Shown: in pieces, positions 9,977 through 18,055 of the stretch
Layout: the number at the start of each line of letters is the position of its first letter
Numbering within the stretch: the stretch's first letter is position 1
Assembly: GCF_013365475.1 (NCBI RefSeq)
Contig: NZ_CP046579.1
Location: forward strand, 180,001-212,000
Direction: 5' to 3'
DNA: 32,000 nt
DNA from: Candidatus Saccharimonadota bacterium
Lineage (GTDB): Bacteria; Pseudomonadota; Alphaproteobacteria; Rickettsiales; Anaplasmataceae
Position numbers and translations under genes: made by a program
Notes under the pieces: generated by a model
What the model saw: only the letters and a program-made list of their open reading frames with translations
Databases searched by the model: none
What the model was told of the DNA's origin: nothing

Positions 9977-10853
9977 TACTTATATACTCTTCAGGGAAAT
10001 TAGTCCAGAGCCGTACTTTTACAAATAAAAATAGATGGACTTTACGTGCAAATAGCTTCTCCAATTCATCACGTGCTTCAATGCTAATTTTTTTAATACA
10101 ACTGCCATTTTTTCCTAGTACTATTTTTTTATGACTGTCTTTTAGCACAAATATGATCTGTTTTATGATTAGACTCTTATCTTTTTTTTCTTGAAATTGT
10201 TCAGTCCTGATAGCTGTAGAATATGGTAATTCCTTGTGCAAATTTAAGGATAGTTTTTCCCTTGTAGTTTCTGCCGACAAAAACTTTACTGAAGAATCAG
10301 TCACTTTATTTTTCCTATAAAACCAAGGACCAGCTGGTGCGATTTCAGATAAGTAGTTCATCAAATCAGAAAGTCCATTTCTCTTAAGTGCTGATATTAC
10401 GAAAATCCTCTCAAACCTGTAAAGTAAATTCAGGTACTCGTAAGCTATCTTTATCTCGGACTTTTTTGCTAGGTCAATCTTATTAATAATCAAAATGCAT
10501 TTTGCTTTTATGTACCGCAATCGTGCAAATATAGCCTTGATTCTCTCTAAGTTTTTAAAGTAACTACTTGCATCAACAAGCAACAGGGTAATATCGTTAC
10601 CCTTAATCGCTGACCATGCAGATCTAACTAAGGCTTTTTCAAGCTTTGTAACTGCTGAAAAAATTCCAGGAGAGTCAATAAAGATGATTTGTGTTTCATT
10701 ATATACTCTAATGCCCTTTATTTGTGTCCTTGTTGTTTGTACTTTTGGAGTAACGATTGAAATCTTCCTGCCTATAATGCTATTAACCAGTGTAGACTTT
10801 CCAGAATTTGGCAGACCAGCTACAGTAACGAATAAGCACTTTTGTTCCTTCAC
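9969..10853 (-). CDS. era: GTPase Era
   Basis: G1 motif GLPNSGKSTLVN, DSPG, NKID, and a C-terminal KH-type region. 294 aa. Confidence 0.92.
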   Translation of the reverse strand: MKEQKCLFVTVAGLPNSGKSTLVNSIIGRKISIVTPKVQTTRTQIKGIRVYNETQIIFIDSPGIFSAVTKLEKALVRSAWSAIKGNDITLLLVDASSYFKNLERIKAIFARLRYIKAKCILIINKIDLAKKSEIKIAYEYLNLLYRFERIFVISALKRNGLSDLMNYLSEIAPAGPWFYRKNKVTDSSVKFLSAETTREKLSLNLHKELPYSTAIRTEQFQEKKDKSLIIKQIIFVLKDSHKKIVLGKNGSCIKKISIEARDELEKLFARKVHLFLFVKVRLWTNFPEEYISNA

Positions 10854-11050
10854 AAAGTAGATTGTAAAAAAAACTAAGGCTTAGTGTCAAGCATATAACT
10901 GCGCAAATTCGCTGTAAGAGCTAATACGCTGAATCAATAAGTGCCAATCAACCTAATAAGGCGTTACTCATTGCTTATGAGCTTTCTACTGTTTAGAGAT
11001 CCAATTCTTGGAGTAGTTTTCTTACAACTGGGCTAATTTAGCTAGTACGA

Positions 11051-11078
11051 GAAAAAGTGTTATATTACAGTTAACACT
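11051..11078 (-). terminator. weak candidate intrinsic terminator after glmS
   Basis: On the minus strand, AGTGTTA (loop 9 nt) TAACACT followed by TTTTTC, beginning 8 nt after the glmS stop. The stem is AT-rich with only 2 G:C pairs. Confidence 0.3.
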
Positions 11079-11085
11079 GTATAGG

Positions 11086-12906
11086 CTATTCAACAGTAAC
11101 AGACTTAGCTAAATTTCTCGGGTAATCAGCATCTAATCCTTTTTTTATTGCAGTAGAGTAAGCAAGGAATTGCATAGCTATGCTATAGATTATTGGAGAG
11201 ATAAAACTATCAGTATCAGGAAGTTGAACAACATCTATACAAACTTCTCTCAAGAATGGCACTCCTTGCCTGTCGCTAAAAGCGATCACTTTGCCTTTTC
11301 TTGCAATAATTTCTTGTATATTGGACAATGTTTTAAAAAATAAATTATCGTATGGGATAATCGCTATAACAAGTACTGATGAATCTATTAATGCAATTGA
11401 ACCATGTTTCATCTCTCCTGCTGCAATGCCTGTGGTGTTAATGTATGAAAGCTCTTTTATCTTCAATGCTCCTTCCATTGCAATTCCATATGAGCTCCCT
11501 CTACCGATTAAAATAGTGCTTCTGTGCTCTAATATACTTCCTGATACATGTTGTACCTTTACTTTATTCAAAACATGTTCTACATATTTTGGGATAGAGT
11601 TAATGGCATCACTCATCTGCTTTATTCTCCTTTTACTCAATGTGCCTTTCATTTTTGCAAGCTCTAAGGCAAAGCATGCTAAAACTGCTAATTGTGCAGA
11701 AAATGTCTTCGTTGAAGCAACACCAATTTCTGGTCCAGCAAGAGTATGTAACACAATGTCTGAAACTCTTTCAATGCTACTGTTCAATGTATTAGTTATA
11801 CTAATGATTGTTTGCTTCTGTGATTTTCCATAGCGTAGTGCTTCCATAGTATCTGCAGTCTCACCTGACTGAGATATAAATAACCCAAAACTTCCCTTTT
11901 CTAGTCTTATGTTACTATACCTAAACTCTGATGAAATTTCTAAGTAAACCCGAACTTGAGCAATACTCTCTAACCAGTACTTCGCTATTAGTCCTGCAAA
12001 ATATGATGATCCACATCCGACTATGGTAATATGACTTATCTTGGAGAATAGTTTTTTGTTGTCAGATATCACTTCCATATGCTTTTTATAGAATTGATTT
12101 ATTGTTTTATTTAATGTACAAGGCTGCTCAAAAATCTCCTTTAACATAAAGCTTGGGTGACCATTTTTGCTAATTAAAAAATTGTTCAAACTATTACTTT
12201 CTATATTGCGTTCAACTCGTACACCATTATTATATATAGTAACTCCGCTTGACCTTATTGCTCCGATATCACCATCTTCTAGGTGTGATATTCTTTCTAC
12301 TAGAGAGCTTAAAGTATTAGAATCAGACATAGCAAGTGAGGTATTGTAATTATAGCCTATTGACAAAGGCAAATTCCTTTTTGCTACGAATAAAGCATCT
12401 GGGTATTCTGCAAATAATAAGGCTAAAGCAAATGAACCATGCAAATTTCTTAAGCACTTAGATAAAGAATCAATTGGTGAAGACCCTTCATTAAGATATA
12501 TGGCTAGCATATTTGGTATAACTTCTGTGTCAGTATCAGTATGAAATTGTATTCCCATTTTTTCTAAGTTTTTTTTTAGCAAATTGTAATTCTCAATTAT
12601 ACCGTTATGAGCGACAACAATGTTGTTTGTATAAATAGGATGAGCATTTTTGAGGCTTGGAGCTCCATGTGTAGCCCATCGGGTATGTGCTATACCAACT
12701 GTGCTATTTGACATTTTGCTATTGTCAATAACTTCACATAGCCTCTCAACTCTTCCTTCTGATTTTCTCACTTCTATCTTGCCTTCATTGTTTATGATTG
12801 CAATTCCCGAAGAATCGTATCCTCTATGTTCCAATCTCCGCAATCCAGTTAGTAAAGTTGGTATTACCGAATCGCTATCACTTACTACACCAAATATTCC
12901 ACACAC
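11086..12906 (-). CDS. glmS: glutamine--fructose-6-phosphate aminotransferase (isomerizing)
   Basis: CGIFGVV..., ...HTRWATHG..., SIS-domain motifs ...GCGSSY... and ...SQSGETADT..., and C-terminal ...PRNLAKSVTVE. The start is moved to GTG 12906 so that the catalytic Cys is residue 2 (Ntn amidotransferase). The track start at TTG 12912 would give MVVCG. Confidence 0.95.
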   Translation of the reverse strand: MCGIFGVVSDSDSVIPTLLTGLRRLEHRGYDSSGIAIINNEGKIEVRKSEGRVERLCEVIDNSKMSNSTVGIAHTRWATHGAPSLKNAHPIYTNNIVVAHNGIIENYNLLKKNLEKMGIQFHTDTDTEVIPNMLAIYLNEGSSPIDSLSKCLRNLHGSFALALLFAEYPDALFVAKRNLPLSIGYNYNTSLAMSDSNTLSSLVERISHLEDGDIGAIRSSGVTIYNNGVRVERNIESNSLNNFLISKNGHPSFMLKEIFEQPCTLNKTINQFYKKHMEVISDNKKLFSKISHITIVGCGSSYFAGLIAKYWLESIAQVRVYLEISSEFRYSNIRLEKGSFGLFISQSGETADTMEALRYGKSQKQTIISITNTLNSSIERVSDIVLHTLAGPEIGVASTKTFSAQLAVLACFALELAKMKGTLSKRRIKQMSDAINSIPKYVEHVLNKVKVQHVSGSILEHRSTILIGRGSSYGIAMEGALKIKELSYINTTGIAAGEMKHGSIALIDSSVLVIAIIPYDNLFFKTLSNIQEIIARKGKVIAFSDRQGVPFLREVCIDVVQLPDTDSFISPIIYSIAMQFLAYSTAIKKGLDADYPRNLAKSVTVE

Positions 12907-12945
12907 AACCAAGTTTTAAAGTTATAAAGCACTTTTATTGTTATC

Positions 12946-13362
12946 TTATTCCTTTTTACTTTTATATAATCGAGTTTTATTTTTTTTATCTTCTTTCTTA
13001 ATTTTGCACTTTTCAGTCGGTTTGAATGCTATTTTTTGAGCTTCTTTATTTAAAACTTCAGATATAGCGGATTTTAGAACTTTTATTTCGACTTTTGGTG
13101 CTATTTCTATTACAAACTGTGCATTTGCCTCGTCAAGCTTATTGACTTCACCTATTATCCCACCGGAAGTAATAACAATGTCACCACGCTTGATCTGATC
13201 TATCATCTTTCTGAGTTCTTTTAATTTTTTGTGATGTGGACGGATGATAAAAAAGTAAAATACCACAACTATTAATGCTAATGGGATAAGATTAAAAAAA
13301 GATGCACCAATGTTTGATGTGTTATTAGCTATATCTGCTGCGAAAATTTCAGAGGTAAACAT
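12946..13362 (-). CDS. yajC: preprotein translocase subunit YajC (with a Lys-rich C-terminal tail)
   Basis: Single TM segment followed by ...FFIIRPHHKKLKELRKMIDQIKRGDIVITSGGIIGEV..., the YajC signature. Confidence 0.88.
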   Translation of the reverse strand: MFTSEIFAADIANNTSNIGASFFNLIPLALIVVVFYFFIIRPHHKKLKELRKMIDQIKRGDIVITSGGIIGEVNKLDEANAQFVIEIAPKVEIKVLKSAISEVLNKEAQKIAFKPTEKCKIKKEDKKNKTRLYKSKKE

Positions 13363-13507
13363 GTTTAACCATAGTTATTAAATCCTATTTAAATAGGCAT
13401 ACTTAAATGTTAACTATAATACTACTTCATGTCAAGTTTTGGAAGAAAAAGTGGTATTGCAAAGGTTATGCAAATTATTTACTGTGAATATAAATTGCAA
13501 CTATAAT

Positions 13508-14104
13508 ATGGTATCTAGAATAATAAGTGCTATACAAAATAACTTATTAGTCTGTTTCCCCACAGAAACTGTTTATGCTCTTGCTTGTAACGCATTAGAT
13601 AGTGAAGCTATAAGAAAAATATGCCAAGTGAAGAAGCGTTCTAAAAATAAACCACTGTCTGTATTTGTTGCTGATATTTGTGGCTTAATGGGAATAGCAA
13701 AGCTAGATAAAAAATATACTCATTTAATAAATCAGTTTTCTCCTGGCCCAATTACTTATATTTTACCTCTTAAAGGTAAGAATATATTGCCAAATGAATT
13801 CTTCAAGGGCAGTGTAGGTATAAGGATTCCTGATCATCCTATTGCAATTTCAATATTGAACAAACTAAAAACTCCAGTAGTTGCAACTAGCGTAAATATT
13901 TCAGGGGAACAAAGCATATATAAGGCTGAAGACATACCTAAGCCTATCAAACAACATCTATCAGCAATTGTTGAGGATGACAAATTAGTCTCTGGTGTAG
14001 AATCGACTATTATTGACTTAACTCAAGATGAGATCAAGATTATTAGGGAGGGTGTAGTCTCACTTCAAATGGTATGTAATATCCTTTCATACATAGGTTC
14101 ATAG
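13508..14104 (+). CDS. tsaC: L-threonylcarbamoyladenylate synthase, Sua5/YrdC/YwlC family (short TsaC form)
   Basis: ...CFPTETVYALACNA..., ...KKRSKNKPLSVFV..., ...GPITYILP..., ...VGIRIPDHP.... ATG 13508 is preferred over the TTG 13439 track start. Confidence 0.8.
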   Translation: MVSRIISAIQNNLLVCFPTETVYALACNALDSEAIRKICQVKKRSKNKPLSVFVADICGLMGIAKLDKKYTHLINQFSPGPITYILPLKGKNILPNEFFKGSVGIRIPDHPIAISILNKLKTPVVATSVNISGEQSIYKAEDIPKPIKQHLSAIVEDDKLVSGVESTIIDLTQDEIKIIREGVVSLQMVCNILSYIGS

Positions 14105-14112
14105 AATAAAGA

Positions 14113-14949
14113 ATGGGAAAGATAATAGGGCATGATCAGGCTAAAAAGAAGTTGATGAATAACTTAGCTATTCAATCTTGGCTAATCTGCGGTAGAAAAG
14201 GTATAGGAAAAGCAACACTCGCAAAGTATTTTTCTAATTGGTTTCTTATAAGGAGCCATAACGAAATGGCATTAGATTTATATGTTGTTGATGATGATCC
14301 AATAGGAGTGGAAGTAGTAAGAGAAATGAAGAATTTTCTGTACTTGAGTCCAATTCAATCAGAATGTAAGGTTGTTATAATAGATAGTCTAGAAGCAATG
14401 ACAAGTAATGCTAGGAATGCAGTATTAAAAATACTAGAGGAACCACCAAAAAACTCCAAGATATTTATAATTAGCCATAAACCATATAATATACAAGATA
14501 CTATTAAATGCAGGTGCTTTCAGATAAATTTGCTGCCACTGACTTACTCTGAAACAAAGCAAATTGTTTCATCTCAGTGTGAGTTTGATGATCAAATATT
14601 TGATGAAGTAGTTACTTTATTTCCTGGAGCACCTGGAATGGTAATAAATGCAATAAATAGTAGCACTTATGAGTCATATAGATGCTTTTATGAATTCCTT
14701 TCTAATTTAAATAATTCTGAAGCGATTAAAAAGATAATCAATAGTGAAATTGATCTAGAATTAGCATCGTATATAATACAAACTTTCATTTTAGAAAGTA
14801 TAAAGGGTGGTGTAAGCAATGTTGAAGTTCTGCTTAATCAGTGGAAAAAAGTAAATGAGCTTTTTGCTTCTGCTAAGCAATTTCACCTAGATAGGAGGCA
14901 TGTTCTAGCTAATGCAGTTAATATCATGTTGCCGGTTTATGAAATATAA
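14113..14949 (+). CDS. holB: DNA polymerase III subunit delta'
   Basis: ...GHDQAKKKL...WLICGRKGIGKATLAKYF... (degenerate Walker A) and ...NAVLKILEEPPKNSKIFIISH..., the clamp-loader delta' pattern. 278 aa. Confidence 0.8.
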   Translation: MGKIIGHDQAKKKLMNNLAIQSWLICGRKGIGKATLAKYFSNWFLIRSHNEMALDLYVVDDDPIGVEVVREMKNFLYLSPIQSECKVVIIDSLEAMTSNARNAVLKILEEPPKNSKIFIISHKPYNIQDTIKCRCFQINLLPLTYSETKQIVSSQCEFDDQIFDEVVTLFPGAPGMVINAINSSTYESYRCFYEFLSNLNNSEAIKKIINSEIDLELASYIIQTFILESIKGGVSNVEVLLNQWKKVNELFASAKQFHLDRRHVLANAVNIMLPVYEI

Positions 14950-15719
14950 TATTTTTGACGTGAGTTTAGGGTTAACTTATTGATTTAATCTTTGAAATAT
15001 GTGATAGCCTGAGAATGGATTAATACTATATACAATTAGTAGAAGTTCAACATAGTTATCTTTGCAGATGTATAAAACTACCTAAGATACATTAAGGGTT
15101 AAGGTGAGATGATTCTAAAAAGCAAAAATATTGTTAAATGCAACTCTTATAAGGTAAGTTTTAAGCTAATAAACTTAGTAATATCCGTCACTAAAAGTTG
15201 TTTACTATGTATGATCCTGTTGTGAGAGAAGATTAGTAGGAATTTCTAGAGATTTTAATTATCTTGGTATTAAGTTGAATTAATTATCAATTGATGTTTT
15301 ACTATATCATAAGTAGTAAGTTTTGATGATATAAATAAAAGTTTAAATTCAGAATTAATTGACCTGTTATCTTCTAAGTTCTACATAGAAGTATATATCA
15401 GGCCTATGTTACAAAAGTATAAGATTAATCTACTTGGTAGATTACTAAAAGTAGATTAGATAGAAAAGTAAAACCAGACGATGAATTTGATTATTTTTGT
15501 CGAAATGAATACCTTATTATGGTAGCCATAGAGGATGCAAGACAATACCTATAATTCTGGAAGCCTTGACGTAAAAGTGATAAATGTAAACATAAAAATC
15601 AGTAAATTTTACATACCGTGAAACAAGATAATACCATCATTCATCTATTAAAAAATGTTATAATCTAAGGATAATGGTTTGAAGTTTATTATAATCATTG
15701 AGCTTATTTCTCTATTATT

Positions 15720-16388
15720 ATGGAAGATAGATTGCTTAAGTCAGTAAAAAACAAAAGTTATTTTAGTAAAGCAGTTGAGTGGTACTGTCATAGATATCTA
15801 TTTTGTGTAGTAGAAAGGTCTTGGATGGTAGTTATAGTATCATTTCTTCTAATGTGCTTATGTTTATTGCTGTTGAATATATATCTTTTATTTCCTGTTA
15901 AAAAAAGTTTGAACTTTATTAGGTATACGGATCATGCGGAAGATGAATTTTCTGTAATGCGTAAGCTGGATTCTGATAGAAAGAGAGATGAATACATTCC
16001 TATAGCTAAGTATCTACTAATTAAGTATATTAAAGCATATGAATCTAATAAAGTTGTTGAACCAGAGTACAGAAAAAATTTTATAAAAAACAATTCCACC
16101 CCTAGGGTTTATCAAGATTTTCAAGAAAAAGTAAACAATGAGACTGCAGATTTACTTTTCTCTGAAAGAGAAGTTAATAATATAAGTGTAGTGAAGTTAT
16201 CTATTGATCGATCAGTTAAGGAACTAGTTTCCTTTCCTGGGAGGGCAACAGTGATTTTTGTAATCGAGCAAAATAAGAATGTAAAAAATCAGACTGTTGA
16301 TATCAGCTTTACTTTTTCTAATATAAAGGCTACAATAGATAGTGTAATACCATTTAAGTTTATTGTTGATAGTTATAAATACAGATAA
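15720..16388 (+). CDS. virB8: VirB8-like type IV secretion component, stand-alone paralog
   Basis: Bitopic layout: a cytoplasmic N-terminus ...YFSKAVEWYCHRY...ERSW, one TM segment, then LLFPVKKSLNFIRY. This parallels the VirB8 pattern YF..A.sW...rs.r.aw-TM-PLKtvePyVirV. ...IAKYLLIKYIKAYESN... parallels VirB8 ...kYflaqYVryREgY.... Size is 222 aa. No other vir genes are adjacent. Confidence 0.55.
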   Translation: MEDRLLKSVKNKSYFSKAVEWYCHRYLFCVVERSWMVVIVSFLLMCLCLLLLNIYLLFPVKKSLNFIRYTDHAEDEFSVMRKLDSDRKRDEYIPIAKYLLIKYIKAYESNKVVEPEYRKNFIKNNSTPRVYQDFQEKVNNETADLLFSEREVNNISVVKLSIDRSVKELVSFPGRATVIFVIEQNKNVKNQTVDISFTFSNIKATIDSVIPFKFIVDSYKYR

Positions 16389-16996
16389 CTACATATTGGG
16401 TTGCGTAGTTTTAAAATCGGTGCAAAGCTTTTTCTATGGTGTTCTGTAATGCCATAAAGACCTATAGCTTCTATATGTTCTTTTGTTGCATATCCTTTAT
16501 TTTTGTACCAATTATACTCTGGGTACTGATGATGTAATTTTTGCATTAATTGATCCCTTGTGACTTTTGCAATGACTGAAGCTGCTGAGATTGATATACT
16601 CAAGCTATCACCTTTTATTATAGACCTTACTTGCCATTTTGTTTCAGGTGTCTGGTTGCCATCAACTAGCACATAGTCTAATTCTAATCCTAAGTTTATC
16701 AATGCACGCTGCATTGAAAGTTTTGTTGCTTGCAAAATATTATGTGAGTTTATTTCCTGTACACTTGCTATTCCTATAGCAAATTTTGCAACAGACTTTA
16801 TTTTTTCATATAGGACTTGCCTATTTTTAGCAGTCAGTTTTTTTGAGTCGTTGATTCCTGTAATGGTTGTAGTTTTATTGGTAAACACTACTGCTGCAGA
16901 TATTACTGGACCTGCTAGTGGTCCTCTCCCAGCTTCATCCACTCCAGCTACTATTCCTGGTAACTTATTTTCTAATGCAAAGTTTGGATATATCAT
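16373..16996 (-). CDS. rnhB: ribonuclease HII
   Basis: ...VAGVDEAGRGPLAGPVISAAVV..., ...DSKKLT..., ...VDGN..., ...GDSLSISISAASVIAKV.... ATG 16996 is preferred, because the track start at 17053 would overlap mraY by 52 nt. Confidence 0.92.
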   Translation of the reverse strand: MIYPNFALENKLPGIVAGVDEAGRGPLAGPVISAAVVFTNKTTTITGINDSKKLTAKNRQVLYEKIKSVAKFAIGIASVQEINSHNILQATKLSMQRALINLGLELDYVLVDGNQTPETKWQVRSIIKGDSLSISISAASVIAKVTRDQLMQKLHHQYPEYNWYKNKGYATKEHIEAIGLYGITEHHRKSFAPILKLRNPICSYLYL

Positions 16997-17001
16997 GGTT
17001 T

Positions 17002-17982
17002 CTATAGCAGGAAAGCAATAGTAAAGATTGAACAAGTAATAGAAATTATCCAAAATTTCGTAACTATTTCATTTTCTGACCATCCTTTCTTTTCAAAATG
17101 GTGGTGTACCGGTGTCATAAGAAAGACTTTTCTTCCACTCCCATGCTTAAATTTTGTATATCTAAAATATGATATCTGAACAATGACAGATAAGGTTTCC
17201 ATTACTGGGATAGTTCCGATAATAGCTAAGAGCACTTCTTTTTTGATTAAGACGCTAGTCAGTCCTAAAGCTGCACCGATTGATAAGCTACCAACGTCAC
17301 CCATAAATATTTTGGCAGGGTTTGTGTTAAACCACAAGAAACTTAGAATTGCTCCTGTAAATGCAATGCAGAATAAAACAATGCTCATGCTTGATTGAGT
17401 TAAGTATGCAATTAGTCCCAAAGAAACAAAGGAAGTGATAGATTGAGTTGCAGCAAGGCCATCAAGACCATCTGTAAGATTTACAGCGTTAGCGGAACCA
17501 ACAATTACAAATGTAGCAAATGGAACATACATATAGCTAAAATCAATCATTATTTCTCTAAATAAAAACGTTTTTGTAGAACCTTCAACAAGATGTGTCT
17601 TATATATAAACATAACAACGAAGGTAAATATGAGTTGTATAAGTATTTTAGTTTCTGCACTCAAACCTTCATGATTGTCTACTTTTAATTTTAAATAATC
17701 ATCAATAAATCCGACTAAAGCAAAAAATAGAGTTATAGATATTAGCAACATAGTTTCCAACGTTAGCTGTGTCCAGAGTAAAATTGGCAGTAAAGTAGAG
17801 ATCAGTATTATTATTCCACCTGTAGTAGGAGTGTTTCTTTTTGTAACTAGATGACTTTTTGGTCCGCATGATCTGATCGGTTGTACACTTTTGCTAACTT
17901 TCTTTAGAAATTTTAGAAAGCAAGGGTAGAGAACAAACCCAAAAATGAGTGAGTTAAAAAACACTTTTGCAGATAGATTCAT
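17002..17982 (-). CDS. mraY: phospho-N-acetylmuramoyl-pentapeptide transferase
   Basis: ...TPTTGGIIIL..., ...GFIDDYLKL..., ...GSANAVNLTDGLDGLA..., ...FMGDVGSL..., ...PVHHHFEKKGWSE.... Polytopic membrane protein. Confidence 0.92.
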   Translation of the reverse strand: MNLSAKVFFNSLIFGFVLYPCFLKFLKKVSKSVQPIRSCGPKSHLVTKRNTPTTGGIIILISTLLPILLWTQLTLETMLLISITLFFALVGFIDDYLKLKVDNHEGLSAETKILIQLIFTFVVMFIYKTHLVEGSTKTFLFREIMIDFSYMYVPFATFVIVGSANAVNLTDGLDGLAATQSITSFVSLGLIAYLTQSSMSIVLFCIAFTGAILSFLWFNTNPAKIFMGDVGSLSIGAALGLTSVLIKKEVLLAIIGTIPVMETLSVIVQISYFRYTKFKHGSGRKVFLMTPVHHHFEKKGWSENEIVTKFWIISITCSIFTIAFLL

Positions 17983-18055
17983 TATATCTTGTTTACTAAA
18001 TTAAATACTATATCAAATATTTGTTAAGTATCGTAATGCTGATAATTTGGGGTTA

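Noticed and set aside
11291-11833. A 180-aa ORF antisense to glmS. Also 12167..12349, 12650..12919 and 12798..13001.
   Set aside because: They lie entirely inside or against the well-supported glmS and yajC genes on the opposite strand. Their composition is hydrophobic and low-complexity, typical of antisense frames, and they have no recognisable motifs.
13439-13507. Over-extended ORF-track starts at tsaC 13439, rnhB 17053, rpsA 25257 and sdhE 27784.
   Set aside because: The extensions add non-conserved, hydrophobic or AT-codon residues ahead of canonical N-termini, and the rnhB extension overlaps mraY. Internal ATGs fit the family N-termini better.
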